Part shown: positions 10,286 to 21,099 of the stretch, piece after piece
Numbering within the stretch: the stretch's first letter is position 1
Layout: every line of letters begins with the position of its first letter
Source: an uncultured bacterium
Lineage (GTDB): Bacteria > Fermentibacterota > Fermentibacteria > Fermentibacterales > JCC-6
Reading direction: 5' to 3'
NCBI GenBank assembly: GCA_964553045.1
Contig: CAZKJG010000011.1
Span: 4,644 to 68,643, forward strand
DNA length: 64,000 bases
Position numbers and translations under genes: made by a program
The notes under the pieces: model-generated
The model's database searches: none
What the model was told of the DNA's origin: nothing
Seen by the model: only the letters and a program-made list of their open reading frames with translations

Positions 10286-11173
10286 TCAGTGCCTCCTCCT
10301 GCGCCTTCTCAGGGCGAAGAACCTGCGCAGCGGTACTACCAGGTCCTCGGCCGTGCTCACGCTGATGAGGTCTACGCCGCTGGCGGCGCAGAGATCCTCG
10401 CGCCTCTGCCGCCTTTGGGCAACCCGATGGGCGAACTCGCTTCTCCAGCGGCGTGACGAGGTGTTCACCACAGCCTCACGACCGGTCTCCGGATCGGTGA
10501 GCCGCATTCTTCCCAGGGGTGGGAAGTGCACCTCCCGGGGATCGAATACGTTTATGCCCACCACATCGTGTCGCGATCCGGTAGCCCGCAGCAGCCTGGA
10601 GGTCTCCGGTGAGAACCGGAAGTCGCTTATGAGGAATATCAGAGACCTTCTTAGAATCACCCTTCCGATGTAGGACAGGGCATGGTCAAGAATGGCCTCG
10701 CGGCCGGTTCCCTCGGCCTCGAGAACCCGCCCCACGATTCGGAGGGCATGGCTCCTGCCCTTCCCCGGCGGAAGGTATCCGCTTACCTCGGACCCAAAGG
10801 TGAGAAGCCCCACCCGGTCTCCGCTGCGGACTGCGGACAGGGCCAGCACGGCCGATATCTCGGCCACCCTCTCGGCTTTGGTCATCACCACCGACCCGAA
10901 GCCCAGGCTGGCCGAGGTGTCCACCATCAGAAGAACGGAGAGCTCCCGCTCCTCGGTCATGATCTTGACATGGGGGTATCCGGTCCTGGCGGTTACGTTC
11001 CAGTCGATCGTCCGGGGGTCGTCGCCCTCCATGTACTCGCGGAAGTCGGAGAACTCCACTCCCCTGCCGCGGAAGACCGACTTGTAATCGCCTCCCACCA
11101 GCTGCTCCACCAGCTTGCGCGTGTATATCTCGATCCGCCTGACCTGAGCCAGGGCCGCCCGCCTGCTGCCCAT
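10286..11173 (-). CDS. DUF58 domain protein (MoxR-associated, VWA-like)
   Basis: Characteristic motif YKSVFRGRGVEFSDFREYMEGDDPRTIDWNVTAR. Immediately downstream of moxR. Confidence 0.8.
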   Translation of the reverse strand: MGSRRAALAQVRRIEIYTRKLVEQLVGGDYKSVFRGRGVEFSDFREYMEGDDPRTIDWNVTARTGYPHVKIMTEERELSVLLMVDTSASLGFGSVVMTKAERVAEISAVLALSAVRSGDRVGLLTFGSEVSGYLPPGKGRSHALRIVGRVLEAEGTGREAILDHALSYIGRVILRRSLIFLISDFRFSPETSRLLRATGSRHDVVGINVFDPREVHFPPLGRMRLTDPETGREAVVNTSSRRWRSEFAHRVAQRRQRREDLCAASGVDLISVSTAEDLVVPLRRFFALRRRRRRH

Positions 11174-11178
11174 GGGGA

Positions 11179-12151
<973 letters not shown>

Positions 12152-12171
<20 letters not shown>

Positions 12172-13525
12172 CCATCTCCCTCCTGGCCTCTTCCAGATGC
12201 CCTCTGATCAGGCTCTTGTACCGCTCCCGCGCCTCGGGGGTCTCGGCCTCGAAGCGCATCACCAGAACCGGCTGGGTATTGGAGGCCCTCAGCAGGCCCC
12301 ATCCATCCCGAAACTCCACCCTTACCCCGTCCATGTCGACTACTTCCATTCCCTCGTCGACCAGCCGGCGTCTGACTATATCCACGAGCCCGAACTTTTG
12401 TTCCTCCGGGCAGCCCTCCCTTATCTCCGGCGTGCTCCAGACGCGGGGGAGGTCGGCCACGAGGCCGGACAGCGGCCCGTCGCTTTCGGCCAGTATCTCC
12501 AGAAGGCGCAGTGAGGCGTAGAGGGCGTCGTCGTACCCGTAGTACCGGTCGCGGTAGAAGATGTGGCCGCTCATCTCTCCGGCCAGCATGGCGTCCTCCC
12601 GGGCCATTCTCTCCTTGATGATGGAGTGCCCCGTGGGCGACATCACGGCCCTTCCACCCGCATTCTCCACCTCCCTGAAGAAGAGCCTGGAGGCCTTTAC
12701 CTCGGAGATGACGGTGGCCCCGGGACGGGCCTTGAGAAGGGCCCGGGCAAGTATTATCAGCACCCGGTCGCCCCAGACGATCTCCCCCTTCTCGTCCACC
12801 ACTCCCAGGCGGTCGGCGTCCCCGTCGAAGGCTATTCCCAGATCGGCGCCCCTACGGGTTACCGTTTCGCGCAGGTCGCGGAGGTTCTCGACCACGGTGG
12901 GATCGGGATGATGGTTCGGAAAGCCGCCGTCGGGCCGGCAGTAGAGCTCGGTCACCCGGCATCCCAGTCTTCGCAGGACCTCCGCGGCCACCTCGCCGCC
13001 GGCACCGTTTCCCCCGTCCACCACAACGCTCAGGGAGCGGGCGAAGCTGAACTCCGAAACAAGTCTGTCCATGTATTCTTCGGAGAGGTCGCGTCGGGAT
13101 ACAGTCGGGTCCGGCAGCCGGTCGGGCAGCTCCGCCCGCTCCATGCGTCGGGCGATCTGCTGAATGTCGTCACCGTAGAGGGTACGCAGCCCCTGCATCA
13201 TCTTGAAACCGTTGTACTCGGGAGGGTTGTGACTCCCGGTTATCATCACGGTGATATCCGGCCGCAGAACGTGTGCGGCGAAGTAGGTCATGGGCGTGGA
13301 CTGGGAGCCCAGGTCTACGACCTCGGTGCCGGAAAGCGCAAGGCCTCCGGTGAGCCACTTCAGCAGCTGGGGGCCGGAGTTGCGGACGTCTCGGCCCACG
13401 CATACCGTTCCGTCTGCCATCTCCCCCAGGGCGGCGCCCAGCCTGGCCACGGTCTCGCGGTCCAGGTCCTTCGGATAGCGGCCGCGGATATCGTACTTCC
13501 TGAAGACAGACGCTCTCATAGTCAC
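12152..13525 (-). CDS. phosphomannomutase/phosphoglucomutase (alpha-D-phosphohexomutase family)
   Basis: Active-site serine loop ITGSHNPPEYNGFK, metal-binding FDGDADR, sugar-binding GEMSGH. 457 aa. Confidence 0.85.
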
Positions 13526-13550
13526 GCTCCCATGCCTTCTTGGGTGTTGG

Positions 13551-14357
13551 TCAGTCCAGCGGAAGGCCGGCCTGGTACTCGCCCTGCTTCCTTCCCTGCC
13601 GGAGCCATCCGCCGTGGGTGATGAGCACCTGACGGGCCAGCTCCTCTGACAGCTCCATCCTGTCGATGGCGCCTTTGGGCTGTCCGCGGAAGTTGATCCT
13701 GAGCTCCGCCGAGGGCGGGGTCAGCTCCAGGGTTACGCTGAGTATGGATTCCACTGGCGCCAGGGCTACCGTGCGCGAGAGGATGCCGACCACGGCCTTG
13801 GTCAGATAGTCCCTGCTTCCGCGTATCATGACCTCTTCGTCCATGGCGACCGTCAGGTTCATTCTCTTGTCCCTCAGTTCTTCCGCACAGGACTGTATGG
13901 CCTCCGAGAGGAGCTCGTCGAGGGCGATCGGATCATCCCATCCATCCGGAAGGGAGACGTCGTCCTCTGACCCGTCTCGATCTGCCAGAGCGATGGTGCG
14001 GAGATGGTCGATCTCCGACAGAGTCTCGCGCTGGCGGGTGAGCTCGGTGGCGGCCGCGCGCAGCCTGGCCAGGCCGCGTTTGATTCCCTCGGGATCCCTC
14101 TCTCCCGGCCGGGACATTGCCTCGACCTCGTCCAGTATCTCCTCCAGCGGCTCCTCGAAGGTCCCGGAGACCGCGGACAGCAGCTCCAGCCTGTCCCTCT
14201 GGAGCTCCGCAAGCTCCGCCCGCATCTTTTCGCGTTGGTTTTCCAGCGAAGAGAGCCTTCGGGAGAGTGCCCTCCGCCCGCGGCGGAGATGCTCCAGGAG
14301 CACCAGAGCGGCCAGCACGGCGACCAGGAGGAGCGCCTCCTCCCAGGTGCTGATCAT
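13551..14357 (-). CDS. membrane-anchored coiled-coil protein with degenerate histidine-kinase-like C-terminal region
   Basis: N-terminal TM, then a coiled coil. The H-box-like SGTFEEPL lacks the phosphoacceptor His. The N-box-like GILSRT lacks both Asn residues. No DxGxG or GxGxG boxes. Confidence 0.35.
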   Translation of the reverse strand: MISTWEEALLLVAVLAALVLLEHLRRGRRALSRRLSSLENQREKMRAELAELQRDRLELLSAVSGTFEEPLEEILDEVEAMSRPGERDPEGIKRGLARLRAAATELTRQRETLSEIDHLRTIALADRDGSEDDVSLPDGWDDPIALDELLSEAIQSCAEELRDKRMNLTVAMDEEVMIRGSRDYLTKAVVGILSRTVALAPVESILSVTLELTPPSAELRINFRGQPKGAIDRMELSEELARQVLITHGGWLRQGRKQGEYQAGLPLD

Positions 14358-14411
14358 GCCTCCCCCTCTCCGAGGCTCGACTCCGGCCCCCGCGTGGAAC
14401 GCCCTCCAGCG

Positions 14412-15626
14412 CTAGGGAAGCCGGGCCAGCGACTCTGCCACGAGCACGCGGGCGCCCGAGGCCCGGGATATGTCGGCCAGAGTCAGATCGTCCAGGGTCA
14501 GAGAATCGCTGTTGAACATAACAGGGGGCAGAAAGAAGGGTCCAGCCTCGCCGGACGTTTTCCGCTTATCGATGGCGGCGATGACGTCGCAGCCCGTCAG
14601 GAGTCCCGCCACTCCCACCATGGGGCCGAAGAAGCCGTTCTCGGCCGGAGCTACGCGGTACCCGGTGGCGGCCAGGTACTCGCGCAGAAAGGGAGCCGCC
14701 AGGGTTCCGGTGACGACGGTTCCCTTTCCCCGCCCGTCGCCTCGCGGGGCCGTGAGCCGGGTCAGCAAGCCTATGCCGTTCTCCTGCAGTGCACAGCCTT
14801 CGTAGAAGTCGGGGGCGGGAACCTGCGCGCCCGCCATTGCCAGGAGCTCATCCGCGGGCCAGACCCATCTGCCCAGCCCCCTTCGCACAGCCCTGGCGCC
14901 TGCGGACATGCACAGAGACAGTATCCGGGCGGATTCGCGGGAGGTGGGGCGGCGGAGCGGAGCCAGTCCGTCCCTGTGGCCGGTCAGTCCCACGGGGACT
15001 ATTCCCAGCTGAGAGACCAGGGGAGCCTGCATGAGGGTCTCCACTGTCTCGGCAAGATGCCGGCCGTCGTTCAGGCCCGGTACGACCACTATCTGTCCCC
15101 GGACCTCCACTCCGCCGGCCCTGAGTCTGCGGAGGGCGGGTACGACCGGCGCCGGTCCCCGCCGTCCGAGCATGACGCCCCGGAGTTCGGGGTCGGTGGC
15201 GTGTACTGACGCGTAGACGGGGCTGAGCCCCCGCTCCAGGGCCAGATCAACCTGGTCGGGGTCGAGTGTAACGTAGGTCCCGTCCAGGAAGGAATGCCGG
15301 ACGTCGTCGTCCTTGTGCAGCAGGCTCTGTCTCACTCCCGGAGGGTTCTGGTCCACGAAGCAGAACGGGCAGCGGTTGCGGCATCTTCGGGGCTCCTCGC
15401 CCTTCATCCTGAGGCCCCATCCCATGTCCGCTGGGTTGCGGCGCAGATGGGCCCGTCTGACGCTTCCGCCCCTTCGGTAGAGCACCTCGCAGGTAAGCGA
15501 GGCCTTTCCGAAGAGGTCGAGAATATCGCTGACGGGGTTCCCGTCGACGCTGATCAGAAGGTCGCCGGCGCGGATTCCCGCCCGGGAGGCGGCTCCGGCC
15601 GGTTCCACTGCCCTGACCGAGAGCAA
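14412..15626 (-). CDS. PDZ domain–radical SAM protein (DUF512-type C-terminal region)
   Basis: N-terminal PDZ-like (AGIRAGDLLISVDGNPV). CX3CX2C cluster (CRNRCPFC). Long C-terminal extension, as in PDZ-rSAM-DUF512 proteins. Confidence 0.65.
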   Translation of the reverse strand: MLSVRAVEPAGAASRAGIRAGDLLISVDGNPVSDILDLFGKASLTCEVLYRRGGSVRRAHLRRNPADMGWGLRMKGEEPRRCRNRCPFCFVDQNPPGVRQSLLHKDDDVRHSFLDGTYVTLDPDQVDLALERGLSPVYASVHATDPELRGVMLGRRGPAPVVPALRRLRAGGVEVRGQIVVVPGLNDGRHLAETVETLMQAPLVSQLGIVPVGLTGHRDGLAPLRRPTSRESARILSLCMSAGARAVRRGLGRWVWPADELLAMAGAQVPAPDFYEGCALQENGIGLLTRLTAPRGDGRGKGTVVTGTLAAPFLREYLAATGYRVAPAENGFFGPMVGVAGLLTGCDVIAAIDKRKTSGEAGPFFLPPVMFNSDSLTLDDLTLADISRASGARVLVAESLARLP

Positions 15627-15638
15627 TGCCCGGCTTCT

Positions 15639-17543
15639 CTACTCCAGTGTGTCCTGCATGCGGGCCAGAACAGGATCTATGTTTCGGGCGGCTTCCAGCT
15701 CGGCCTCGGCCTGATGCTTGCGGCCGGTGATCGTGTACACCTTGGCCAGCTGGATGTGAAAGCCCACCATAGCTCCCTGATCGTCGGCCGCCAGCGATAT
15801 GCCCTTCCGGAACTGCTCCTCCGCTTCGTCGTAGCGGTCCATTCGGAAGTAGCACCTGCCCAGCATCTCCCGGGCCTTGAGTCTGTGCTCGGGGCTGTCC
15901 AGAACCTTCTCCAGCTCGCTGACGGCCTCCCGCAGGAGGCTCATCTCGTGGTAGGCTATTCCCAGATCGTAATGGGTGTTGTAATCGTCCTGGGAGACGT
16001 GCTGATCTATGCCGTCCTGGAACTCCCGGATCAGGTCGGCCAGCGCCTTGGCGCTGCCGGAGTCGAACATATTGTCGATATCGGCCAGGATGGTGGCTAT
16101 GTCGGCGTAGTTCTCGGCGTCGGCCAGCCCCGGCCTGATGCCGTCGAAGAGCTGGCGCGCCATATCGAAGTCGGGCTTGGCGTCCAGGGACGCCTCCAGA
16201 GCCGCCAGCGCTTCGTGTGGGCTGTCGTTGAGAAGGTAGGCGACGGCCAGCCTGTACAGAGCCCTGGCCTGGCCTTCCTGGCCCAGCGACTTCCTGATGC
16301 GGGCCAGCTCCCTCGCCGCGGCAAGGGACTCCGGACAGATGTCCAGAACGCCCTCCAGGAGCTCGAACACCATCCGCTCCCTTCCGGACGAACGGTAGAT
16401 GGTGGCCGCCTTCAGATAGGCCTCGACGGATCCGTAGAAGTCGCCTACGTCCAGCAGCAGATTTCCCAGCTCCACGAATCCCAGGGGATCCTCGGGGCTG
16501 GACACCAGACGCTTCTTCATGTCCGATATCTGCTTGGAGAGCGCCTCTCTGACCTGCTTCTTGGAGACCAGGCCCATGTCCACCAGAACGTCCCCCAGTC
16601 GGGCGTCGCTTTTGCCGCTGCGCTGCATATGCAGGGCCTTGAGAACCTCCGAGGCGTTCAGAAGCCCGTCCGTGACCAGATACTCGCCTATCCTCTTTCG
16701 GTGTCTTCGTCCGGTATCCTCACCGCCCTCAGGGATGAGAATCTCGCCCTCCATGTCCTCCTCGTTGAGGTCCTGCATGTACTCCCTGGGGTTGTCGCTG
16801 GTGAGCTCCCCGGCGACGGCCATCTCGCTGGCGGCCTCCGGCGCGGCCTCGGGTGCGGGCCGGGGCTCGGGGATCTCTTCTACCTCTTCCAGCTTCTCCC
16901 CGGGCTCCTTCGCCGCCGGTTCGGGCTCGGGTTCGGGCTCGGGTTCGGGCTCGGGCTCCGGAGGCCGCGACTCGCCACGGACCTTCTGCAGCATCTTCAC
17001 CATCTTCGGATGCTGCTTGAGGTTCTTCTCCGCAGCCCTCATTACGCACTGGTCCAGAACGATCTCGTCTTTGCAGAGATAGGCCAGCTTGGCCAGCTTC
17101 ACGACCCAGCGGTCGTCGTCCGGGTCTATGCGCATAAGCATCTGAAGGGCATCTATGACCCTGGGGTCGGTCTTCTCGGGGCCGCTCTTGAGGAACTTCA
17201 TCAGGGAGTGCTTGGCCTGCTCGAGCTTGCCCTGCTCGTCGAAGCATCTGGCCATGGCCAGGTGGGCGTCGGAGTAGTTCTCGTCGATTCGCAGCGCCTT
17301 GCGGCTGACGGAGAGCGCAACCGTATGCAGGCCGTCCTTCAGATAGAGTTCGGCGGCTTCCACGAACTGGCAAAGGGCCTCTTCCTGCCTGTCCATCTTG
17401 AGCAGCACATCCCCGGTGCTGTTGTGTATGGATGCCTCCTCGGGGTCTTCCTTGAGAAGCAGTTTGAAGGCTCTCAGGGCACTGTCCAGCTTGCCCTTCT
17501 GCAGCATCTCATGGGCCTTTTTCTTCAGAGAGACGTCTGCCAT
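15639..17543 (-). CDS. TPR-repeat protein with (Pro-Glu)n linker and MshEN (T2SS-E N-terminal) c-di-GMP-binding domain
   Basis: TPR-like repeats at both ends, a PEPEPEPEPEPEP linker, and two tandem 24-residue MshEN motifs (RIGEYLVTDGLLNASEVLKALHMQ and RLGDVLVDMGLVSKKQVREALSKQ). Confidence 0.7.
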   Translation of the reverse strand: MADVSLKKKAHEMLQKGKLDSALRAFKLLLKEDPEEASIHNSTGDVLLKMDRQEEALCQFVEAAELYLKDGLHTVALSVSRKALRIDENYSDAHLAMARCFDEQGKLEQAKHSLMKFLKSGPEKTDPRVIDALQMLMRIDPDDDRWVVKLAKLAYLCKDEIVLDQCVMRAAEKNLKQHPKMVKMLQKVRGESRPPEPEPEPEPEPEPEPAAKEPGEKLEEVEEIPEPRPAPEAAPEAASEMAVAGELTSDNPREYMQDLNEEDMEGEILIPEGGEDTGRRHRKRIGEYLVTDGLLNASEVLKALHMQRSGKSDARLGDVLVDMGLVSKKQVREALSKQISDMKKRLVSSPEDPLGFVELGNLLLDVGDFYGSVEAYLKAATIYRSSGRERMVFELLEGVLDICPESLAAARELARIRKSLGQEGQARALYRLAVAYLLNDSPHEALAALEASLDAKPDFDMARQLFDGIRPGLADAENYADIATILADIDNMFDSGSAKALADLIREFQDGIDQHVSQDDYNTHYDLGIAYHEMSLLREAVSELEKVLDSPEHRLKAREMLGRCYFRMDRYDEAEEQFRKGISLAADDQGAMVGFHIQLAKVYTITGRKHQAEAELEAARNIDPVLARMQDTLE

Positions 17544-17556
17544 CGGTTCCCTTCGC

Positions 17557-18837
17557 TCAGCTGTTTCCGCCGGACGAACCGGCCCGCGCCGCCACTCGCG
17601 CTCCTGCGAAGACCGTATCTATATCGTCAACAGCCAGGTGATACGCAATACTCCGGTAGTCATCTACGTTCCAGAGGACCATGTCCGCGTCCCTCCCGGG
17701 CTGTACGGAGCCCTTGCGGTCCATCATGTCAACCGCCGCCGCTCCGTTGATCGTGGCGGCCACCAGGGCCTCCTCCACGGTCATGCCGCACCGGCATACG
17801 CCAAGGTTGATCATGAACGGCATGGACTCGCAGTAGCAGCTGCCGGGGTTGAAGTCCGTGGCCAGCGCCACCGCCGCACCCGCATCTATCAGTCTCCTGG
17901 CGTCGGGAAAGGGCTTGTTGAGGAAGAGGGCCGTTCCGGGCAGAAGGGTGGCCACCGTGTTGGAGCCGGCCAGGGCATTCACGCCCTGCTCGCTCACCGA
18001 GAGGAGGTGGTCGGCGCTGACCGCGCCCAGCTCCACCGCCAGCTTCGCACCACCCGTGTCGTGGAACTCGTCTGCGTGCAGCTTGAGGCCGAAGCCCATC
18101 TCGGCGGCGGCCTCCAGGAGTCTCCTGCTCTGCGCCGGCGTGAAGACGCCCTTCTCGCAGAAAACGTCTACGAATGCGGCCAGCCCCGCGTCACGGACCA
18201 CTGGAAGCACGTCGCTCACCATGAAATCCACGTAGCGCATTGGATCGTCGCGGTGCTCCTCGGGCACCTCGTGGGCCCCCAGGAAAGTGGAAACCACGGT
18301 CTGAGGGACCCGCGAAGATGCGCTGCGCACAACCTCGAGCATCCTGATCTCGGTATCCAGGTCAAGTCCGTATCCGCTCTTCGCTTCAAGAGTTGTAGTG
18401 CCGTGTCTGAGCATGGACGAAAGATGCCTGAGCATCATCGATTCCATGACTTTCGAGGGGGTTTCCCGGGTGCGCCTCACGCTGTTCAGTATGCCCCCGC
18501 CGCTGCGGGCTATCTCCTCGTAGTCGGCCCCTGCCGCCCTCATGGCGAACTCATCCTGACGGGTGGCACCGAACACCGGGTGCGTATGGGAGTCGACAAG
18601 TCCCGGCGTTACGACTCTCCCGGAAGCTTCGTGAACCTGCATCCCGCCGGAGTACTCCAGCTCCGATTCCGCGTCGGAGGAGGGACCGGTCCAGACTATC
18701 CTGCCGTCGAGGGCGGCCACCGCGGCGTTCTCCAGGATGGAGAGCCTGCCGGCGTCGCGCCCGCGACGGGGCTTCTGAGGCCCCACCAGAGTGAGGAGCT
18801 GGCCTATATCGCGCAGCAGGAAGTCGGCTCTCTGCAT
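17557..18837 (-). CDS. hutI: imidazolonepropionase (amidohydrolase superfamily)
   Basis: Metal-binding motifs GLVDSHTHPVF and KLHADE with HutI-like spacing. 426 aa. Confidence 0.75.
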   Translation of the reverse strand: MQRADFLLRDIGQLLTLVGPQKPRRGRDAGRLSILENAAVAALDGRIVWTGPSSDAESELEYSGGMQVHEASGRVVTPGLVDSHTHPVFGATRQDEFAMRAAGADYEEIARSGGGILNSVRRTRETPSKVMESMMLRHLSSMLRHGTTTLEAKSGYGLDLDTEIRMLEVVRSASSRVPQTVVSTFLGAHEVPEEHRDDPMRYVDFMVSDVLPVVRDAGLAAFVDVFCEKGVFTPAQSRRLLEAAAEMGFGLKLHADEFHDTGGAKLAVELGAVSADHLLSVSEQGVNALAGSNTVATLLPGTALFLNKPFPDARRLIDAGAAVALATDFNPGSCYCESMPFMINLGVCRCGMTVEEALVAATINGAAAVDMMDRKGSVQPGRDADMVLWNVDDYRSIAYHLAVDDIDTVFAGARVAARAGSSGGNS

Positions 18838-18847
18838 TCGCTTCGGA

Positions 18848-19105
18848 CTACTCTTCCCCTGCTATGACGGAGGCCACCCTGCGGCCGCCCATGTTGTGGA
18901 AGCTGACACGTCCGTCGCACTTGGCGAATAGCGTGTCGTCACTGCCCCTGCCCACGTTCAGGCCCGGATGTATGCGGGTACCGCGCTGACGCATGATAAT
19001 GCTCCCCGCGGTGATCAGGCTGCCCGCCGCGGACTTCACGCCCAGGCGGCGGCCCTCTGAGTCCCTCCCGTTTCGGGAGCTGCTGGATGACTTCTTGTGC
19101 GCCAT
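18848..19105 (-). CDS. rpmA: 50S ribosomal protein L27
   Basis: MAHKK...[15 protein letters not shown]...[15 protein letters not shown] is near-identical to the canonical L27 core. 85 aa. Confidence 0.9.
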   Translation of the reverse strand: MAHKKSSSSSRNGRDSEGRRLGVKSAAGSLITAGSIIMRQRGTRIHPGLNVGRGSDDTLFAKCDGRVSFHNMGGRRVASVIAGEE

Positions 19106-19154
19106 CTGATCATGTCCTTCCGAAATCGGCTGACGGCTGCGGCCGCCAGGCCGG

Positions 19155-20783
19155 CTAGTCCCCTGCCACTAATCTGGTGGTGAATACCTCTCCGCCCGTT
19201 CGAAGGGATGCGAGGTAGACGCCACGGGGTACTCTGACGCCGGTGCTGGATCGTAGGTCCCAGCTCACGTGGCCGGTTTCGGCGCTTACCGCGAGCGTCT
19301 TCACCCGGCGTCCGGAAATATCGTAGATTTCCAGGGAGCCTTCAACCCCCGGGCGCGGCATGCGGAATGTACATGAGGATACCGCCGGATTTGGAGAGAC
19401 GCGCAGCGACCCGCCGGTCCCGGTTTCCTCAACACCGCTCGCGCCGAAGACGAAGCTGACCTCCACCCTCTCCTCGGCTCCCACCGTCACATCTTCCGCA
19501 GTCTGGGTCTCGTAGCCCTGCACGGAGGCGGACACGTCGTAGGTTCCGGGAAGCAGCGTCTTGTGGTAATCGCCGAGCGTGACGTCCGTCCGGCAGAACC
19601 GAAGAGGCGTGGAGTCCCCGTCGTCGGGTATGGATATCTGGATGCCGGCGTCCAGGGGATTGCCCTCGTTGTCCTCGACGGTGCCCCATATTCCGTACGT
19701 GCTCCGGGTGAAGAACTCCAGAATCGCCATGTAGTGCGCATCGGCCACACCGGGCCAGTCCCGGGCCAGCTTGTGCCCGTGCACCTCTATGGTATGGTCG
19801 ACGGTGCCGCACTCGCCGTAGCTCCAGTCGTTGACGTCCCCGTTGATCACGAACCAGCTGGCGCCGGGGAACCATATCACGAAGCCGGCGTCGCCGAAGT
19901 AGTCGAGTATGCCCGGGCTCTGGTCGTACACGAGGGCCTGCTGCCAGATCAGGGCGGAGTCCTCGGGGAGAGGCACCTCGGTGTAGTTCCAGACCGTATT
20001 GACGCATGCCGCCCCGCCGTGGAGCGAGAGTCCGGTGCTGAACGGGTTTGTGAAGTTCTCGATCTCGGGCCAGCTCTGCATCGTGATGTCGCGCAGGGCC
20101 CGGGTCTCCGGCTCGCTGAAGGGAGAGGGCCCTCCCCCCGCCCACATGTAGCTGAGGTTCCTGTTCAGATCGACTCCGTTGGCGTTGTAGCGTTCGGTGT
20201 GGTAGTAGCCGTCGGGGTTGACCACCGGGATGATCCAGCTCTCCGCGTTGTCCACCACGTAGGTGCACATCTCGCTGTCTCCGTAGTTGTCCGCCAGGTT
20301 CTTCAGGTACCTCACGGTGACCATGGCCGATGTCTTCTCGTCTCCGTGTATCGCGCCGTGGATTCGCAGCTCGGGCTCCAGCTCCTCGCTGCCGGGGCTG
20401 TCGGAGACGACAACGGCCCTCAGGTCCCTTCCCTCGACGCTCTGACCGATTACCTCCAGCCGGCATATGTCCGGATGGGCCGTCACCACGGAATCCATGG
20501 TGCCGTAGATCTCGCTCAGGCTGGGATAGGGAACAAGGGGGTCGGGCGCTACATCCTCTACGACCGTGTAGCCCATTGACCGCAGCATCTCGGCCTGGGC
20601 CGATGTCAGGTAGAAGCGCGCCCGCCGCCCGAAGATGCCCTCGAGGTCGAATCCTCGGCCGTGGAGCATCTGGGCCTCCCGGCGGGTGATGTCGCCGACC
20701 CGGAAGGAGGCATGGTCCGAGTAGGCGCCCGCTGCGGGGGCAAAGGCCAGCAGGATCACGAACGTCGCCAGACAGCATCTCAT
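19155..20783 (-). CDS. M14 zinc carboxypeptidase with T9SS-type C-terminal sorting domain
   Basis: Signal peptide [20 protein letters not shown] from ATG at 20783. Zn-ligand motifs (HGDE, NPDGY). C-terminal about 80 aa ([14 protein letters not shown]...GVYLASL) typical of the Por/T9SS CTD. The longer listed ORF start overlaps tRNA-Pro and was rejected. Confidence 0.75.
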   Translation of the reverse strand: MRCCLATFVILLAFAPAAGAYSDHASFRVGDITRREAQMLHGRGFDLEGIFGRRARFYLTSAQAEMLRSMGYTVVEDVAPDPLVPYPSLSEIYGTMDSVVTAHPDICRLEVIGQSVEGRDLRAVVVSDSPGSEELEPELRIHGAIHGDEKTSAMVTVRYLKNLADNYGDSEMCTYVVDNAESWIIPVVNPDGYYHTERYNANGVDLNRNLSYMWAGGGPSPFSEPETRALRDITMQSWPEIENFTNPFSTGLSLHGGAACVNTVWNYTEVPLPEDSALIWQQALVYDQSPGILDYFGDAGFVIWFPGASWFVINGDVNDWSYGECGTVDHTIEVHGHKLARDWPGVADAHYMAILEFFTRSTYGIWGTVEDNEGNPLDAGIQISIPDDGDSTPLRFCRTDVTLGDYHKTLLPGTYDVSASVQGYETQTAEDVTVGAEERVEVSFVFGASGVEETGTGGSLRVSPNPAVSSCTFRMPRPGVEGSLEIYDISGRRVKTLAVSAETGHVSWDLRSSTGVRVPRGVYLASLRTGGEVFTTRLVAGD

Positions 20784-20952
20784 GTATTCCGCTCCCGTCC
20801 ACCCTCCCGGGGGCCGGGAAGGGGGCTGCTGCATATGCCGATCAGCCGCACGGCCAGAAGGCCGAAAGCAGACCCTGGAATAGTCCAATCTCCGCGGCGG
20901 CGGCCAGGTGGCGTGAAGATGAGTCCGCAGCGAACGCGGGTCAACTTGCACT

Positions 20953-20980
20953 TGCATGAACACGGTTCTTGCGGTAGGAT
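20953..20980 (+). promoter_or_regulatory. sigma70-like promoter upstream of tRNA-Pro (TTGCAT-16nt-TAGGAT)
   Basis: -35 TTGCAT at 20953-20958 and -10 TAGGAT at 20975-20980, about 20 nt before the mature tRNA 5' end. Confidence 0.35.
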
Positions 20981-20999
20981 TCCCGCTGCCTTCGGGGAG

Positions 21000-21076
21000 C
21001 GGGGCGTGGCGCAGCCCGGTAGCGCACCTGCTTTGGGAGCAGGGGGTCGCCGGTTCAAATCCGGCCGCCCCGACCA
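21000..21076 (+). tRNA. tRNA-Pro (anticodon TGG)
   Basis: 7-bp acceptor stem (CGGGGCG/CGCCCCG). D-loop AGCCCGGTAG. Anticodon stem CCTGC/GCAGG with loop TTTGGGA. T-arm GGTTCAAATCC. Encoded CCA. Confidence 0.85.
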
Positions 21077-21099
21077 CCCCCAGCCGTTCGGGACGCGGG

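Noticed and set aside
15294-17750. 818-aa plus-strand ORF
   Set aside because: Antisense of the TPR-MshEN gene. Its LGFGLGFGLGFGLG stretch is simply the reverse complement of the (PE)n linker. No motifs, and the opposite strand has strong domain signatures.
19429-20802. 457-aa Arg/Gly-rich minus-strand ORF
   Set aside because: Alternative frame of the M14 carboxypeptidase gene. The product is an Arg/Pro/Gly-rich GC-frame artefact.
20784-21077. N-terminal 98-codon extension of the carboxypeptidase ORF
   Set aside because: It overlaps the tRNA-Pro gene on the opposite strand and precedes an obvious signal peptide. The start was reassigned to 20783.
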